In this document: piece by piece, positions 8,894 through 18,330 of the stretch
Position numbering within the stretch: the stretch's first letter is position 1
How the letters are laid out: every line of letters starts with the position of its first letter
NCBI GenBank assembly: GCA_963822445.1
Contig: CAWGHO010000003.1
Location: forward strand, 1,248,001 to 1,312,000
Direction: 5' to 3'
Source of the DNA: an uncultured Acidobacteriota bacterium
GTDB taxonomy: Bacteria > Acidobacteriota > Thermoanaerobaculia > Gp7-AA8
Length of the DNA stretch: 64,000 nucleotides
Translations under genes and position numbers: made by a program
The notes under the pieces: model-generated
The model's input: only the letters and a program-made list of their open reading frames with translations
Database searches by the model: none
Told to the model about the DNA's origin: nothing

Positions 8894-10386
8894 TCGTAGC
8901 GCGCGTCGGCGAACCACGCCGACGCGCCTTCCGCCTGGTAGACGCGGTAAACGCCGCCTTTCTCCAGTTCCACATCCCAGTACTCCCGCGCGGCGGGAGC
9001 ATCGCTCCACCAGGACGATTCGATCTTCCATGGTCCGGACGACGCGCGCACCGGTCCTGACAGATCGCCCTCTCCATTGATTGACGTGATCTGCGTTTCG
9101 CCGCCGGCCTCGCGGGTGATCACCTCGATCGGGACCGGCGGACGGAAGACGCGCACCGCGAGAAGGCCGCGGCTTTTCTCCGGCTTCGCTCGCGTCGTCG
9201 GCGGAGGTGGCGGCGCGTAATCGCCGATCGCGTACCGCTCCGGCAGATGTCCATCGACGGCCATGGCCATGCCCACGCGGCCGTCGCCGAGGAGTGAGAC
9301 CAGGCGGGCGATCGTCGTGGCGAGCTTCTCCGGCGAAAGCGCGGGAGGACCGAACAGCGAGAGTTGCGCGCGGCGCGGACGATCGGGATGCGCGACGAGC
9401 GTGAATGCCGTTACCGGCGCGCCGGGCGGATTCTTTTCCAGATCGAGACGCAGCAGCGTCAGCATCGTTTTCACGTCGCGCGTCGGCGCGGGAAGATCGA
9501 TGCCCCGCGCGTAAAAACCATCCGGCTCGAGGTTGAGCGTCAGCTCGAGACGCTTGCAGGCGAAGCCCTGCATCTCCATCCGCTTCGACAATCGGTCCAG
9601 CGCGGCATTGGCGATGAAGCAGAACGGCTCGAGCGCGACCAGCGGCCACTCCAGCTCCATCCCCTCGCGAAAATCGGGCGGCAGCGGGCGGGGGATCAGC
9701 GGACGGGGATCGATGCCGCGCGCGGCGTAATGGAGCTCGCGTCCGATCTCGCCGAGGCGGCTCGCTACTTCGCTTTCCGGAAGATTGGCGAGCTCGCCGA
9801 TCGAGGCGATGCCCCAGCGATGAAGCGTCGACGCCGCGTCGAGCTGCGGCGTCAATCGCGTCAATGGAAGTGGTGCGAGGAACTCCGATTCCTTTCCCGC
9901 CTCGACGATCGTCGGCGCCTTCGGCAGCTCCGCGGCCACGCGCGCGGCGAGCTTGCTCGCGGCGATGCCGACGCGCGCCGGCAGCCCGACACCTTCCGCG
10001 GCGCGCATCGCCGCGGTGGCGAGATCGCGCTCGGTCGCGAAGTGGCGGGTCATGCCGGCGATGTCGACGTAGATCACGCCTTCGCCGGCATCTTCGACGC
10101 GCGGCGAGAACGTCTCCGCGACTTCGAAGAGGGCCTCCTGCGCGGTGCGCTCGCATTCGCTGTCGCGTCCGCGGGCAATGACCTTCGGCAGAATCGAGCG
10201 GGCCTGGGCGAGCGAGAGCCCGGCGCCGATTCCTTTCGTTCGCGCGCGGCGCGTGGCCGCGACGACGTGCGCGTTGTTGCCGTTCCCTTCGACGATGACC
10301 AGTGCTTCCTGCAACAGCTCCGGTTCGCTCCGCAAACGCGCGGCGAGCGGGAACATCGGAACGAAGAAACAGGCGATGCGCGTCAT
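8890..10386 (-). CDS. imuB: ImuB-like inactive Y-family DNA polymerase
   Basis: Start ATG 10386 (MTRIACFFVPMFPL), ATGA-coupled to the upstream gene. Y-family fold motifs (GLSLAQAR, FSPRVE, GIAASKLAARVA) with degenerate catalytic acids; C-terminal GPWKIESSWW...REYWDVE. Confidence 0.85.
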   Translation of the reverse strand: MTRIACFFVPMFPLAARLRSEPELLQEALVIVEGNGNNAHVVAATRRARTKGIGAGLSLAQARSILPKVIARGRDSECERTAQEALFEVAETFSPRVEDAGEGVIYVDIAGMTRHFATERDLATAAMRAAEGVGLPARVGIAASKLAARVAAELPKAPTIVEAGKESEFLAPLPLTRLTPQLDAASTLHRWGIASIGELANLPESEVASRLGEIGRELHYAARGIDPRPLIPRPLPPDFREGMELEWPLVALEPFCFIANAALDRLSKRMEMQGFACKRLELTLNLEPDGFYARGIDLPAPTRDVKTMLTLLRLDLEKNPPGAPVTAFTLVAHPDRPRRAQLSLFGPPALSPEKLATTIARLVSLLGDGRVGMAMAVDGHLPERYAIGDYAPPPPPTTRAKPEKSRGLLAVRVFRPPVPIEVITREAGGETQITSINGEGDLSGPVRASSGPWKIESSWWSDAPAAREYWDVELEKGGVYRVYQAEGASAWFADARYD

Positions 10387-11192
10387 TGGAAGTTGAAGAT
10401 CAGCGTCGCCGTCGATCCCGGTTTCAAATGGCGGTGCTTCTCCAGCGTCACCGTCATCGCCACGCCCGCCAGCAGCCGCGGGCGCGTTCCGATCCATTTC
10501 GCGCGCGCCACGTGAGCCTTCACCACGGCTTCGCTCGCCGTCGCGGTCAGTGGATAGGGTGAGGAGATGAGCATGGCCGTACCGCACGTCTCCGCGGTTC
10601 GCGCCAGCCGCACCCAAGCCGCCTCGGGCGCCCGCCGCCCGCGCAGCGGATGCAGGCCGGTGTCGACGACGACGAGTTGGAAGCCGGTGGCGGTGATCAT
10701 CTCCGCGCTCATCACCGCTTCTTTCACCGTTCGGGGGCGGACCCAGAGCAGGCGCCGCAGATCGACGCCGTTCGCCGCGGCGAGCTGGGGATCGAAGTGA
10801 TCGCCGAGGTCGATGAGGGCCACGGCTTCGCCCATGGTCGTGCCGGCGGCGAGGGCGGACAGGACGATCGAGTAGCGCCCCGCGGCGCGTCGCGAGACCA
10901 GCTCCACCAGTTTTCCTCGCTGCAGACCTCCGCCGAGGAGGGCATCGAGCGGCCCGAGCGTCGTGGGGATGACCGGCGCGCGGTCGCTATTGACTACGCG
11001 GCGGAGCAGCTCCGCGCCACTGCGGACCCGGGCGGCGACCGACGGATCGAGCGCGGCCCGGAGCTGGCGGAGGGCCTCGCTCTCTCCCTGTTCTACGGGC
11101 GGTGGAGGGGGGACCAGGGTGGGGGTGGGGCGGCCCGGCTTGAGATCGAGGAGCTGGAACTGCCAGTCGAGAGAACGCGCCGCCGCAACCAC
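10383..11192 (-). CDS. imuA: ImuA/RecA-like protein
   Basis: TTLGPLDALLGGGLQRGKLVEL, degenerate Walker A, AANGVDLRRLLWVRP, FQLVVVD; directly upstream of imuB. Confidence 0.8.
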   Translation of the reverse strand: MVAAARSLDWQFQLLDLKPGRPTPTLVPPPPPVEQGESEALRQLRAALDPSVAARVRSGAELLRRVVNSDRAPVIPTTLGPLDALLGGGLQRGKLVELVSRRAAGRYSIVLSALAAGTTMGEAVALIDLGDHFDPQLAAANGVDLRRLLWVRPRTVKEAVMSAEMITATGFQLVVVDTGLHPLRGRRAPEAAWVRLARTAETCGTAMLISSPYPLTATASEAVVKAHVARAKWIGTRPRLLAGVAMTVTLEKHRHLKPGSTATLIFNFQ

Positions 11193-11288
11193 CGGCTACA
11201 ACATATGGCGGTAATGGGGCGTAATCAAGTGAGGAGATCCTGCCTACTACCTTGTGGCGGTCCGCCGCCACATCGCGTGCGCCGCAAC

Positions 11289-11687
11289 TCACGACGCCCG
11301 TCGCACCCGCTCCCGCACGTTCACCGACTCCGGATCGACTTTGCCCAGTTTCACCAGCCTGCTGTTGATCGCGCCGGTGGTCCGGCCGTGGAGCCGGGCG
11401 ATCTCCGCGACGGAGACGCCGCCGTCGAATTCGTCGCAGAGCAGGGTGTCTTCCTGCTCCGTCCAGCGTGCACCGGCGGCCTGCGGCCGGCTCTTGGTGG
11501 CAGGCGCGGGGATCGCGACGATCGGCGGTGCGGCCGTCGCGTTCGTCCGCAGGGCGTTGGCGGCCGTGAAGAAGGCCCGGATGACGTCCGGCGAGTGGAA
11601 GACATCGTTCGGGATGGTTTCCCCGGTCTTCGGATCCACACCAGCGGCCACCGCGTCGAGTATCGAGATCACCTGTTGAATCTGCAT
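11289..11687 (-). CDS. Hypothetical protein with C-terminal Myb/SANT-like helix-turn-helix
   Basis: GARWTEQEDTLL...SVAEIARLHGRTTGAINSRLVKLG; N-terminal AGVDPKTGE; AGGAGG SD. Confidence 0.75.
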   Translation of the reverse strand: MQIQQVISILDAVAAGVDPKTGETIPNDVFHSPDVIRAFFTAANALRTNATAAPPIVAIPAPATKSRPQAAGARWTEQEDTLLCDEFDGGVSVAEIARLHGRTTGAINSRLVKLGKVDPESVNVRERVRRAS

Positions 11688-11949
11688 GTTTCCTCCTTGA
11701 ACCGAGGCTACCTCGGCCGGTCAAGAGGCCCCACGACAGGTAGACATGGACAAAAAGGCGGCTGGGTCCGAAACGGACCAAAGGTTCCGGAATCGATGGG
11801 CGCGATGCTGATCCATGGCGCAGTTCATGATCCACTTGGAAATTGGTGGCTCGTTTAGAATCAACAACTTACGAGCTGCGCTTCGGTGGCACTGACGCTG
11901 CTCTAGGGACCGCATCCCGCCCCGGACAAACTTAACAGGAGAAAATTGA

Positions 11950-12849
11950 ATGTATCGTCGTTTCCTGGTGGCCCTGGCTGTGTGTGTCGTTTCCCTGGCT
12001 GCCGTTGCGGACTCCCGCGACGTCGACTCGTTTGAGCGCAAAGACAAAGAGCGCAGCTGCGCAACTCCGCATCCCTCGGACCTCGAGGCTGCGGCGATGG
12101 AAGACCATCATCGTGAGCTGTCGGACCGCGGCGGCAATCGCTTCCGCGTCGGCGCTGAAGCAACCACCGTCACCGTGAACGTCTGGTTCCACGTGATCAC
12201 CAACACCTCCGGCGCCGGCAATGTCTCCGATGCCGACCTCGCGAACCAGCTTCAGGTCCTCAATGACGCCTACAGCGGCCTGACCGGCGGGGCGAACACG
12301 AAGTTCCGTTTCGCGCACGCCGGCACGACCCGCACCGCGAACAACACCTGGTACGCGGCGGGCTACGGCTCGGCGGCGGAAACGGCGATGAAGTCCGCCC
12401 TTCGTCAGGGCAATGCGGCCACGCTGAACTTCTACACGAATGCGCCGAGCACGGGCGAGCTGGGATGGGCGACCTTCCCGTCGAGCTACTCCAGCCAGCC
12501 TTTGAAGGACGGCGTCGTTTGCGACTACCGCACCCTTCCGGGCGGCACGTTCTCGCCGTACAACGAAGGCGACACCGGCACCCACGAAGTCGGGCACTGG
12601 GTCGGCCTGTACCACACGTTCCAGGGCGGCTGCTCGAAGAACAACGACTTCGTCGCCGACACGAATGCCGAGAAGTCCCCGGCCTTCGGTTGCCCGGCCG
12701 GCCGCAACACCTGCACCACCAAGCAGTACCCGGGCAATGACCCGATCGAGAACTTCATGGACTACACCGACGACTACTGCATGTACAAGTTCTCCGAAGG
12801 CCAGGCTGCGCGCGCGGCGTCGCTGTCCGGCACGTACCGCGGGCTGTAA
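11950..12849 (+). CDS. Secreted zinc metalloprotease, M43 (ulilysin/pappalysin-like)
   Basis: Signal peptide; pro-peptide Cys (RSCAT); HEVGHWVGLYHTF zinc motif; NFMDY Met-turn. Confidence 0.92.
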   Translation: MYRRFLVALAVCVVSLAAVADSRDVDSFERKDKERSCATPHPSDLEAAAMEDHHRELSDRGGNRFRVGAEATTVTVNVWFHVITNTSGAGNVSDADLANQLQVLNDAYSGLTGGANTKFRFAHAGTTRTANNTWYAAGYGSAAETAMKSALRQGNAATLNFYTNAPSTGELGWATFPSSYSSQPLKDGVVCDYRTLPGGTFSPYNEGDTGTHEVGHWVGLYHTFQGGCSKNNDFVADTNAEKSPAFGCPAGRNTCTTKQYPGNDPIENFMDYTDDYCMYKFSEGQAARAASLSGTYRGL

Positions 12850-12869
12850 AATCCCTTCGATTACCATTC

Positions 12870-12905
12870 GAGTGCGGCGGCGTGTGCCGCCGCACTCATT
12901 TTCTT
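12870..12905 (+). terminator. Intrinsic terminator
   Basis: GAGTGCGGCGGC-GTGT-GCCGCCGCACTC followed by ATTTTCTT, after the M43 gene. Confidence 0.8.
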
Positions 12906-12908
12906 GCG

Positions 12909-13641
12909 ATGACCTTTCTACTCTCCCTCGTTCTTGCCGCCACCACCATCACTTCGAAAGCCGACGTGCGCCGCGATCGAGCCGGCCGGAGCTCCGCGCG
13001 TTGATGGAGAAAGGGGAAGCGGTCGCGATCGACGTCCGCGGCACGGTTCCCTATCGAGGTCAGTCACATCGCCGGCGCGGTCTGGCTTCCGCTCGGGCAG
13101 CTGAATCAGCGCGCGGGCGAGCTGCCCGAGGACAAGCTGGTGGTCGCGTACTGCACGTGCAAGTCGGAGGAGACCAGCCTCGAAGCGGCCATGCGGCTGT
13201 CCGAGCTCGGCTTCGCGAACGTGGCCGTGCTCAGGGGCGGCTATCCGGCGTGGGCCTCGGCGGGATTTCCCCTCGAGTCGAATCGCGAGCCGGTTGTGGC
13301 GGTCCCTTCGCCGGGGCGCCTCGCGCCGCCCGCGGCCGTGCGCTGCGACCGGAACGAGCTGACGTCGTACGCCGGCAAGGTCAGCAGATATCGGCGGCTG
13401 CTCGGGAAGACCACCTTGGCCATCCACACCAGCGCCGATACGCTCGAGACGATCACCATCAAGGATCCGCTCCGCTCCTACCTCATCAACGGAACCCCGT
13501 TCACGGCCTCGGACTGGAACCGCATCGAGCTCCGCAAGGGCGTCCTGCGGCGGGACATGAGCGCGGTGGCGTGGGTCTGCACGAGCGGCGACGACGGTCG
13601 TCGACTGGCGGCCCGGGACGACCTTCACCGGCGCCCAATAG
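12909..13641 (+). CDS. Secreted rhodanese-like domain protein, frameshifted in this assembly
   Basis: Fragments MTFLLSLVLAATT..., ELRALMEKGEAVAIDVRG, SHIAGAVWLPL...VVAYCTCKSEETS...LRGGYPAW and ...VVDWRPGTTFTGAQ* join up if ~4 single extra bases (~12967, ~12978, ~13055, ~13592) are removed. Confidence 0.7.
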
Positions 13642-13670
13642 GCGATCTCGCTGTCCGCGGGACACCTCGG

Positions 13671-13696
13671 GCTCCCTCGACTTCGCTCGGGATGAC
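13671..13696. repeat. Remnant resembling a palindromic intergenic repeat (GTCATCCCGAGCGAAGTCGAGGGA type)
   Basis: GCTCCCTCGACTTCGCTCGGGATGAC in intergenic DNA; single copy here, assigned by resemblance only. Confidence 0.35.
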
Positions 13697-13710
13697 GGGG
13701 CCAACCCGGT

Positions 13711-13716
13711 TATAAT
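13711..13716 (+). promoter_or_regulatory. Consensus -10 box upstream of zapA
   Basis: TATAAT in a GC-rich background, 26 nt before the zapA ATG. Confidence 0.5.
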
Positions 13717-13742
13717 CCGCCGGGTTTCAGGTAACCTTCTCC

Positions 13743-14033
13743 ATGGACGCGAAATACGAGACGACCAGCGTCGAGATTTTTGGTCAGACGTACTCCGTTC
13801 GTGGCGACGGTGACCCAGACTACTTAATGGAGCTTGCGCGGTTTGTCGACTCCAGGATGCGAGATGTAGCGGCCCAGGTCGCAACGGTCGATCCGGCCAA
13901 AATCGCCATCCTGGCAGCGTTGAACATAGCCGACGAGTTCTCGAGGTACCGGAAACAGCGGGAGGATGCCGCTGGAATCTGGATCGAGAGAACAGAGGAA
14001 ATATCGGATCGTCTCAGAGAGGTAATAGGCTGA
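13743..14033 (+). CDS. zapA: Cell division protein ZapA
   Basis: VEIFGQTYSV...LARFVDSRMRDV...AILAALNIADE; canonical zapA-ssrS-rny synteny. Confidence 0.92.
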   Translation: MDAKYETTSVEIFGQTYSVRGDGDPDYLMELARFVDSRMRDVAAQVATVDPAKIAILAALNIADEFSRYRKQREDAAGIWIERTEEISDRLREVIG

Positions 14034-14065
14034 GTCAACTGGTAGTAGATGCAATGGTTTCGGAG

Positions 14066-14257
14066 GCCCTGCAGAGTTCGTGATGCTCGATCTAACCCCT
14101 GAACCGTACTTCTTATCTCGGGTAGCTCGCGTCTCGGGTCGCGCGCACACCTTCCTCCCGATCTGGGAGCTCAGAAGGTAGCCAAAACGGCACGAGTAGG
14201 GCGCCCACCTGTCTCGTACAGGTTCAGGTAAGAATCACCACACGGCTCAGGCGGGGT
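14066..14257 (+). ncRNA. ssrS: 6S RNA
   Basis: ~190-nt rod between zapA and rny: CCCTGC (14067) pairs with GCGGGG (14251), and CCTGAACCGTAC (14098-14109) pairs with GTACAGGTTCAGG (14216-14228), flanking an internal bubble; conserved genomic position. Confidence 0.8.
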
Positions 14258-14308
14258 ACTCCGAAATTTTTTCCTCTCCACGCAAGCCTCCCACTGCGGA
14301 GGTGCGGT

Positions 14309-15882
14309 TTGAACATCATCCAAATAGCAATCGCGATCGGCGTAGGGCTGGCCCTGGCGATCGTTCTGGCCCTCGTCTGGGGTGCCATTTACCGGAAGCG
14401 CGCCGACGCGCAGCTGGCTGACGCCCGTCAGGCCGGCCAGCGGATCATCGACGACGCGAAAAAGGAGGCCACTTCCCGCGTCAAGGAAGCCGATCTGGAG
14501 GCGAAGGAGAAGCTCCTCCAGATGCGCTCCGAGTTCGACAAGCAGGCCCAGCAGCGCCGCGACGAGATCAAGGTCGTCGAGCGCCGCCTCGAACAAAAGG
14601 AAGAGAACCTCGACAAGAAGACGGTCAGCAGGTCGACAAGCGGATCGCCGAGGTCGAGGGTCGCGACAAGGCCCTCGGCAACCGCGAGAAGAACGTCGAG
14701 GCCGAAGAGAACGAGCTGAACGAGCTGATCGAGGCCCAGCGCCACAAGCTCGAACAGGTGGCCGGCCTCACCGTCGAGGAAGCGAAGCGCGAGCTGATCC
14801 GCGGCATCGAGAACGAAGCGAAGCTCGAGGCGGCGAACATCATGAAGCGCATCGAGTCCGAGGCCACGGAGCTCGGCGATCAGAAGGCGAAGAAGATCCT
14901 GGGCATGGCCATCCAGCGCATGGCCTCGGATTACGTCGCCGAGAACACCGTCTCGGTCGTCGACCTGCCGTCCGAGGACATGAAGGGCCGCATCATCGGC
15001 CGCGAGGGTCGCAACATCCGCGCGCTCGAACTGGCCACCGGCGTCGATCTGATCGTCGACGACACGCCGGAAGCGGTCATCCTCTCCGGCTTCGATCCGA
15101 TCCGCCGCGAGATCGCCCGGATCTCCCTCGAGCGGCTGATGCAGGACGGCCGCATTCACCCGGCCCGCATCGAGGAGCTGGTCGAGAAGGTCCGCCAGGA
15201 GCTCGACCAGAAACTGTTCGAGGAAGGGGAGGCCGCGGCCTTCTCCCTGGGCATCACCGACATCAACCCCGAGGTCCTCAAGCTCCTCGGGCGCCTTCGC
15301 TATCGGACGTCGTACGGGCAGAACGTGCTCGTGCACTCGCTCGAAGTCGCCCAGCTTGCGGCGCTCATGGCCGTGGAACTGGGCGTGAACGACACCATCG
15401 CCAAGCGCGGCGGCCTGCTGCACGACATCGGCAAGGCCATCGATCGGGAGATGGAAGGCACGCACCTCGAGCTCGGCCGCCAGGTCCTCGAAAAGTACGG
15501 CGAGAAGCGCGAAGTCATTCACGCGATGGAATGCCACCACGGCGATTACGACCCGACGACCGTCGAGGCCGTGCTGGTCAACGCCGCCGACGCGCTGTCA
15601 GCGGCCCGCCCCGGCGCGCGCCGCGAGATTCTCGAGAATTACGTGCATCGTCTGGAGCGTCTCGAATCGATCGCGAACTCGATGGACGGCGTCTCGAAGA
15701 GCTTCGCCATCCAGGCAGGGCGCGAGCTTCGCATCATCGTCAATTCCGAGAAGATCACCGACGAGCAGTCGATCTGGCTGTCGAAGGACGTGGCCCGGAA
15801 GATCGAATCGGAATTGCAGTATCCAGGGCAGATCAAAGTAACGGTGATCCGGGAGATGAGAGCTACGGAGTACGCGAAATAA
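14309..15882 (+). CDS. rny: Ribonuclease Y (frameshift near 14624, probably an assembly error)
   Basis: N-terminal TM plus coiled coil (14309 ORF) joins KH domain [14 protein letters not shown] and HD domain [11 protein letters not shown]...LLHDIGK...[12 protein letters not shown] (14758 ORF). Confidence 0.92.
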
Positions 15883-15961
15883 GGCTCAAAGGCTCATAGG
15901 CTCAGAGGCTCAAAGGAGTCTCTCGTGCTTTGAGCCTCTGCGCCTTTGAGCCATTGAGCCT
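15882..15961. repeat. Inverted array of 8-bp repeats: (AGGCTCAN)x4, spacer, (TTGAGCCT-like)x4
   Basis: Fills the whole rny-ymdB spacer, touching the rny stop and the ymdB TTG start. Confidence 0.85.
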
Positions 15962-16749
15962 TGATCAGAATCCTCTACATCGGCGACGTCGTCGGCCAGC
16001 CTGGCCGGCGCGCTCTCCATCAGAAACTGAACACGGTCGTGGGCCGGGAGATGGTCGATTTCACGATCGTCAACATCGAGAACGCGGCCGGCGGGTTCGG
16101 GGTGACCGAGGCGATCATGGAGGAGCTGGCGGAGCTCCCGATCAACGCCTACACCTCGGGCAATCACATCTGGGACAAGAAAGACTTCGTCGACAACTAC
16201 GAGCACTACCCGCAGGTCGTGCGGCCGGCGAATTACCCGGCCGGCAATCCCGGCAAGGGGAAGGTCGTACGGCAGACCGCGGGCGGCGTGAACGTCGCGG
16301 TGATGCAGTTCATGGGCAACGTGTTCATGCCGCCGATCGACAACCCGTTCTACTCCGCCGATCGCGAGCTGAAGGAGCTCGGCGACTCGGTCAAAGTCAT
16401 CTTCGTCGACATCCACGGCGAGGCCACTTCGGAGAAGCAGGCCTTCGGCCGCTACCTCGACGGCCGCGTCTCCGCGGTCGTCGGCACGCACACGCATGTG
16501 CCCACGGCCGATGAACGCATTCTTCCGCTCGGCACCGCGTACCAGACCGACGTCGGGATGACCGGCGCCTACGACTCGGTGATCGGCTTCCGTCCCGACG
16601 AGGCCCTGCACCGCTTCCTGATGAATACCCCGCGCAAGCTCGAAGTGGCGAAGCGCGACATCCGCCTGTCGGGGGTGCTGGTGGAAGTGGATGAAGAGAC
16701 GGGGAAGGCAGTGCGGATCGTGCGGATTCGCGAAGACCTCGGCGAGTAA
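15961..16749 (+). CDS. ymdB: YmdB-like metallophosphoesterase (TIGR00282 family)
   Basis: IGDVVG, NIENAAGG, TSGNHIWD, DIHGEATSEK, GTHTHVPTAD, TDVGMTG. Confidence 0.93.
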   Translation: MIRILYIGDVVGQPGRRALHQKLNTVVGREMVDFTIVNIENAAGGFGVTEAIMEELAELPINAYTSGNHIWDKKDFVDNYEHYPQVVRPANYPAGNPGKGKVVRQTAGGVNVAVMQFMGNVFMPPIDNPFYSADRELKELGDSVKVIFVDIHGEATSEKQAFGRYLDGRVSAVVGTHTHVPTADERILPLGTAYQTDVGMTGAYDSVIGFRPDEALHRFLMNTPRKLEVAKRDIRLSGVLVEVDEETGKAVRIVRIREDLGE

Positions 16750-17345
16750 TGGAGCTTTCCATCGTCACCCTCGGTCATGTCCACACCGAGGATCTGGCCG
16801 CGTTGCAGACGCACTTCACGAGGCTCGAACAGCTCGTGCTCGACATCGAGCCGCGGGCGTCGCTCGTCGAGCATCGCGCGGAGCTGAATCGGGCGATCGA
16901 CGCCGGCACGGCGGACTGGGTCCTGATCGTCCGGGAGCGCGAAATCATCGATGACGCGCTGGCCGGCGAGATCGTGGCGGTCATCAGCGCGGGCAACGCG
17001 CGCGGGTTTCGGGTGCGGTCGATTCCGTTCTATCTGGGCAAGCCGCTGCGCATCAATGTCGACGAAGGGGAGTTGCGGCTCTTTCATCGCCGGTCGCTGC
17101 TGCGGCGCGGCGAAGTGGCCGTGCAGGGGACGGTGGTGCGGCTGACGAACGTCCTGCGATCGGTGACGTTCGCGACGGCTGAGGAGCATCGCGCGCATCT
17201 GGCGAAGCAGGGCAAGGCGCGATCGGCGATCGGACGTGCGCTCGTCTTCGCGCGCTACGTGCTGGGCACGCGCGCCCGCGACGCGAACACGCTGCGGTAC
17301 CTCTGGATCGAAGCGGGCTACGCGACTACTGGCCGCGCCGCATAA
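16749..17345 (+). CDS. Hypothetical protein, degenerate glycosyltransferase family 2-like
   Basis: LNRAIDAGTADWVLIV followed by REREII in place of a DxD motif; RLFHR; translationally coupled to ymdB. Confidence 0.55.
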   Translation: MELSIVTLGHVHTEDLAALQTHFTRLEQLVLDIEPRASLVEHRAELNRAIDAGTADWVLIVREREIIDDALAGEIVAVISAGNARGFRVRSIPFYLGKPLRINVDEGELRLFHRRSLLRRGEVAVQGTVVRLTNVLRSVTFATAEEHRAHLAKQGKARSAIGRALVFARYVLGTRARDANTLRYLWIEAGYATTGRAA

Positions 17346-17442
17346 TGAATGCGAGGCGCGTTGCGCCGGATCAAGGCGCGACACGCGAGGTCGGGTCGCG
17401 CGTGATCAAAGGCGGAGCAACAGACGCAGCGGGCCGTGCCCG

Positions 17443-17814
17443 CTAGGCCGTAGCGGCCACCATCGTGGCCCGGCGCGGGGTCGAGCGGATCGTTCCGTTC
17501 GAGCGGAACTGCCGCGGTGACATGCCGTACCGGATCCGGAACTGCTGACGGAAGTAATTCTCGGAGTCGAACCCGCAGCGGCGTGCGACCTGGGAGACGC
17601 GGACGTTGCCGGCCTTCAGCAGGCGGGCCGCTTTCTCCAGGCGCTTCTCCTTGAGGAACTGGCTGAGCAGGCGTCCGGTGATGCGATGGAAGCGGCCGGA
17701 GATGTATTGCCGCGTGTAGCCGAGCTCTTTGGTCACGGCTTCCACGGTGACTTCTTCATCCGCGCGCAAACGGCGGCGCACCGTCTTGATCAGCGCTCGC
17801 AGCAGGCCGTCCAT
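17443..17814 (-). CDS. Stand-alone AraC-family HTH regulator (MarA/SoxS-like size)
   Basis: RLEKAARLL...VSQVARRCGFDSENYFRQQFRIRYGMSPRQFR; AAGGAG SD. Confidence 0.88.
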   Translation of the reverse strand: MDGLLRALIKTVRRRLRADEEVTVEAVTKELGYTRQYISGRFHRITGRLLSQFLKEKRLEKAARLLKAGNVRVSQVARRCGFDSENYFRQQFRIRYGMSPRQFRSNGTIRSTPRRATMVAATA

Positions 17815-17981
17815 GACATTTCTCCTTAACGGGGACCCCGGAACAATTGAATGGTCAGGCCTCCCGCCGCGCTACACCAGCCGGCGGTCATGACCTGCTT
17901 CACAAATTTTGGATGGAAGGATTCTAGCGCAAAAACCGGTAAAAATGGCCGGAAACGGCGATTTTTTTACATTTTCCGGCG

Positions 17982-18296
17982 CTATTTGCGCGTCCAGCGG
18001 TTCGCGTCCCGCTCCCGGATCTTGGCCATCATCGCCCCGAACTTCTCGTCCAGATCGATGTTCAGCGAGTTGGCCAGGCAGATCAGCACGAACATCGCGT
18101 CGGCGATTTCATCTCCCACATCGCCCGGATCCTCACCAGGCTTCGGCTTCTTCCCACCATAGAGATGCATGAGCACGCGCGCGAGCTCGCCCACCTCCTC
18201 GGTCAGCCGCGCCAGCATCGGCAGCGGCGCGAAATAGCCTTCCTTGAACTGGGAGATCCACTCGTCGACGTCTCGTTGCGCGGGTGCGAAGGACAT
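17982..18296 (-). CDS. MazG-like nucleotide pyrophosphohydrolase (YpjD-like)
   Basis: LARLTEEVGELAR...DEIADAMFVLICLANSLNIDL...RDANRW. Confidence 0.9.
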   Translation of the reverse strand: MSFAPAQRDVDEWISQFKEGYFAPLPMLARLTEEVGELARVLMHLYGGKKPKPGEDPGDVGDEIADAMFVLICLANSLNIDLDEKFGAMMAKIRERDANRWTRK

Positions 18297-18330
18297 GGCT
18301 CATTCTGCCTGCGTGCTAGCATTACCGCCA

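Noticed and set aside
14309-15882. Programmed frameshift or true pseudogene of rny
   Set aside because: No clear slippery heptamer at the break, both halves are well conserved, and neighbouring genes show similar indels, so an assembly error is more likely.
13743-16749. zapA-ssrS-rny-ymdB cluster as a novelty
   Set aside because: A known conserved gene neighbourhood.
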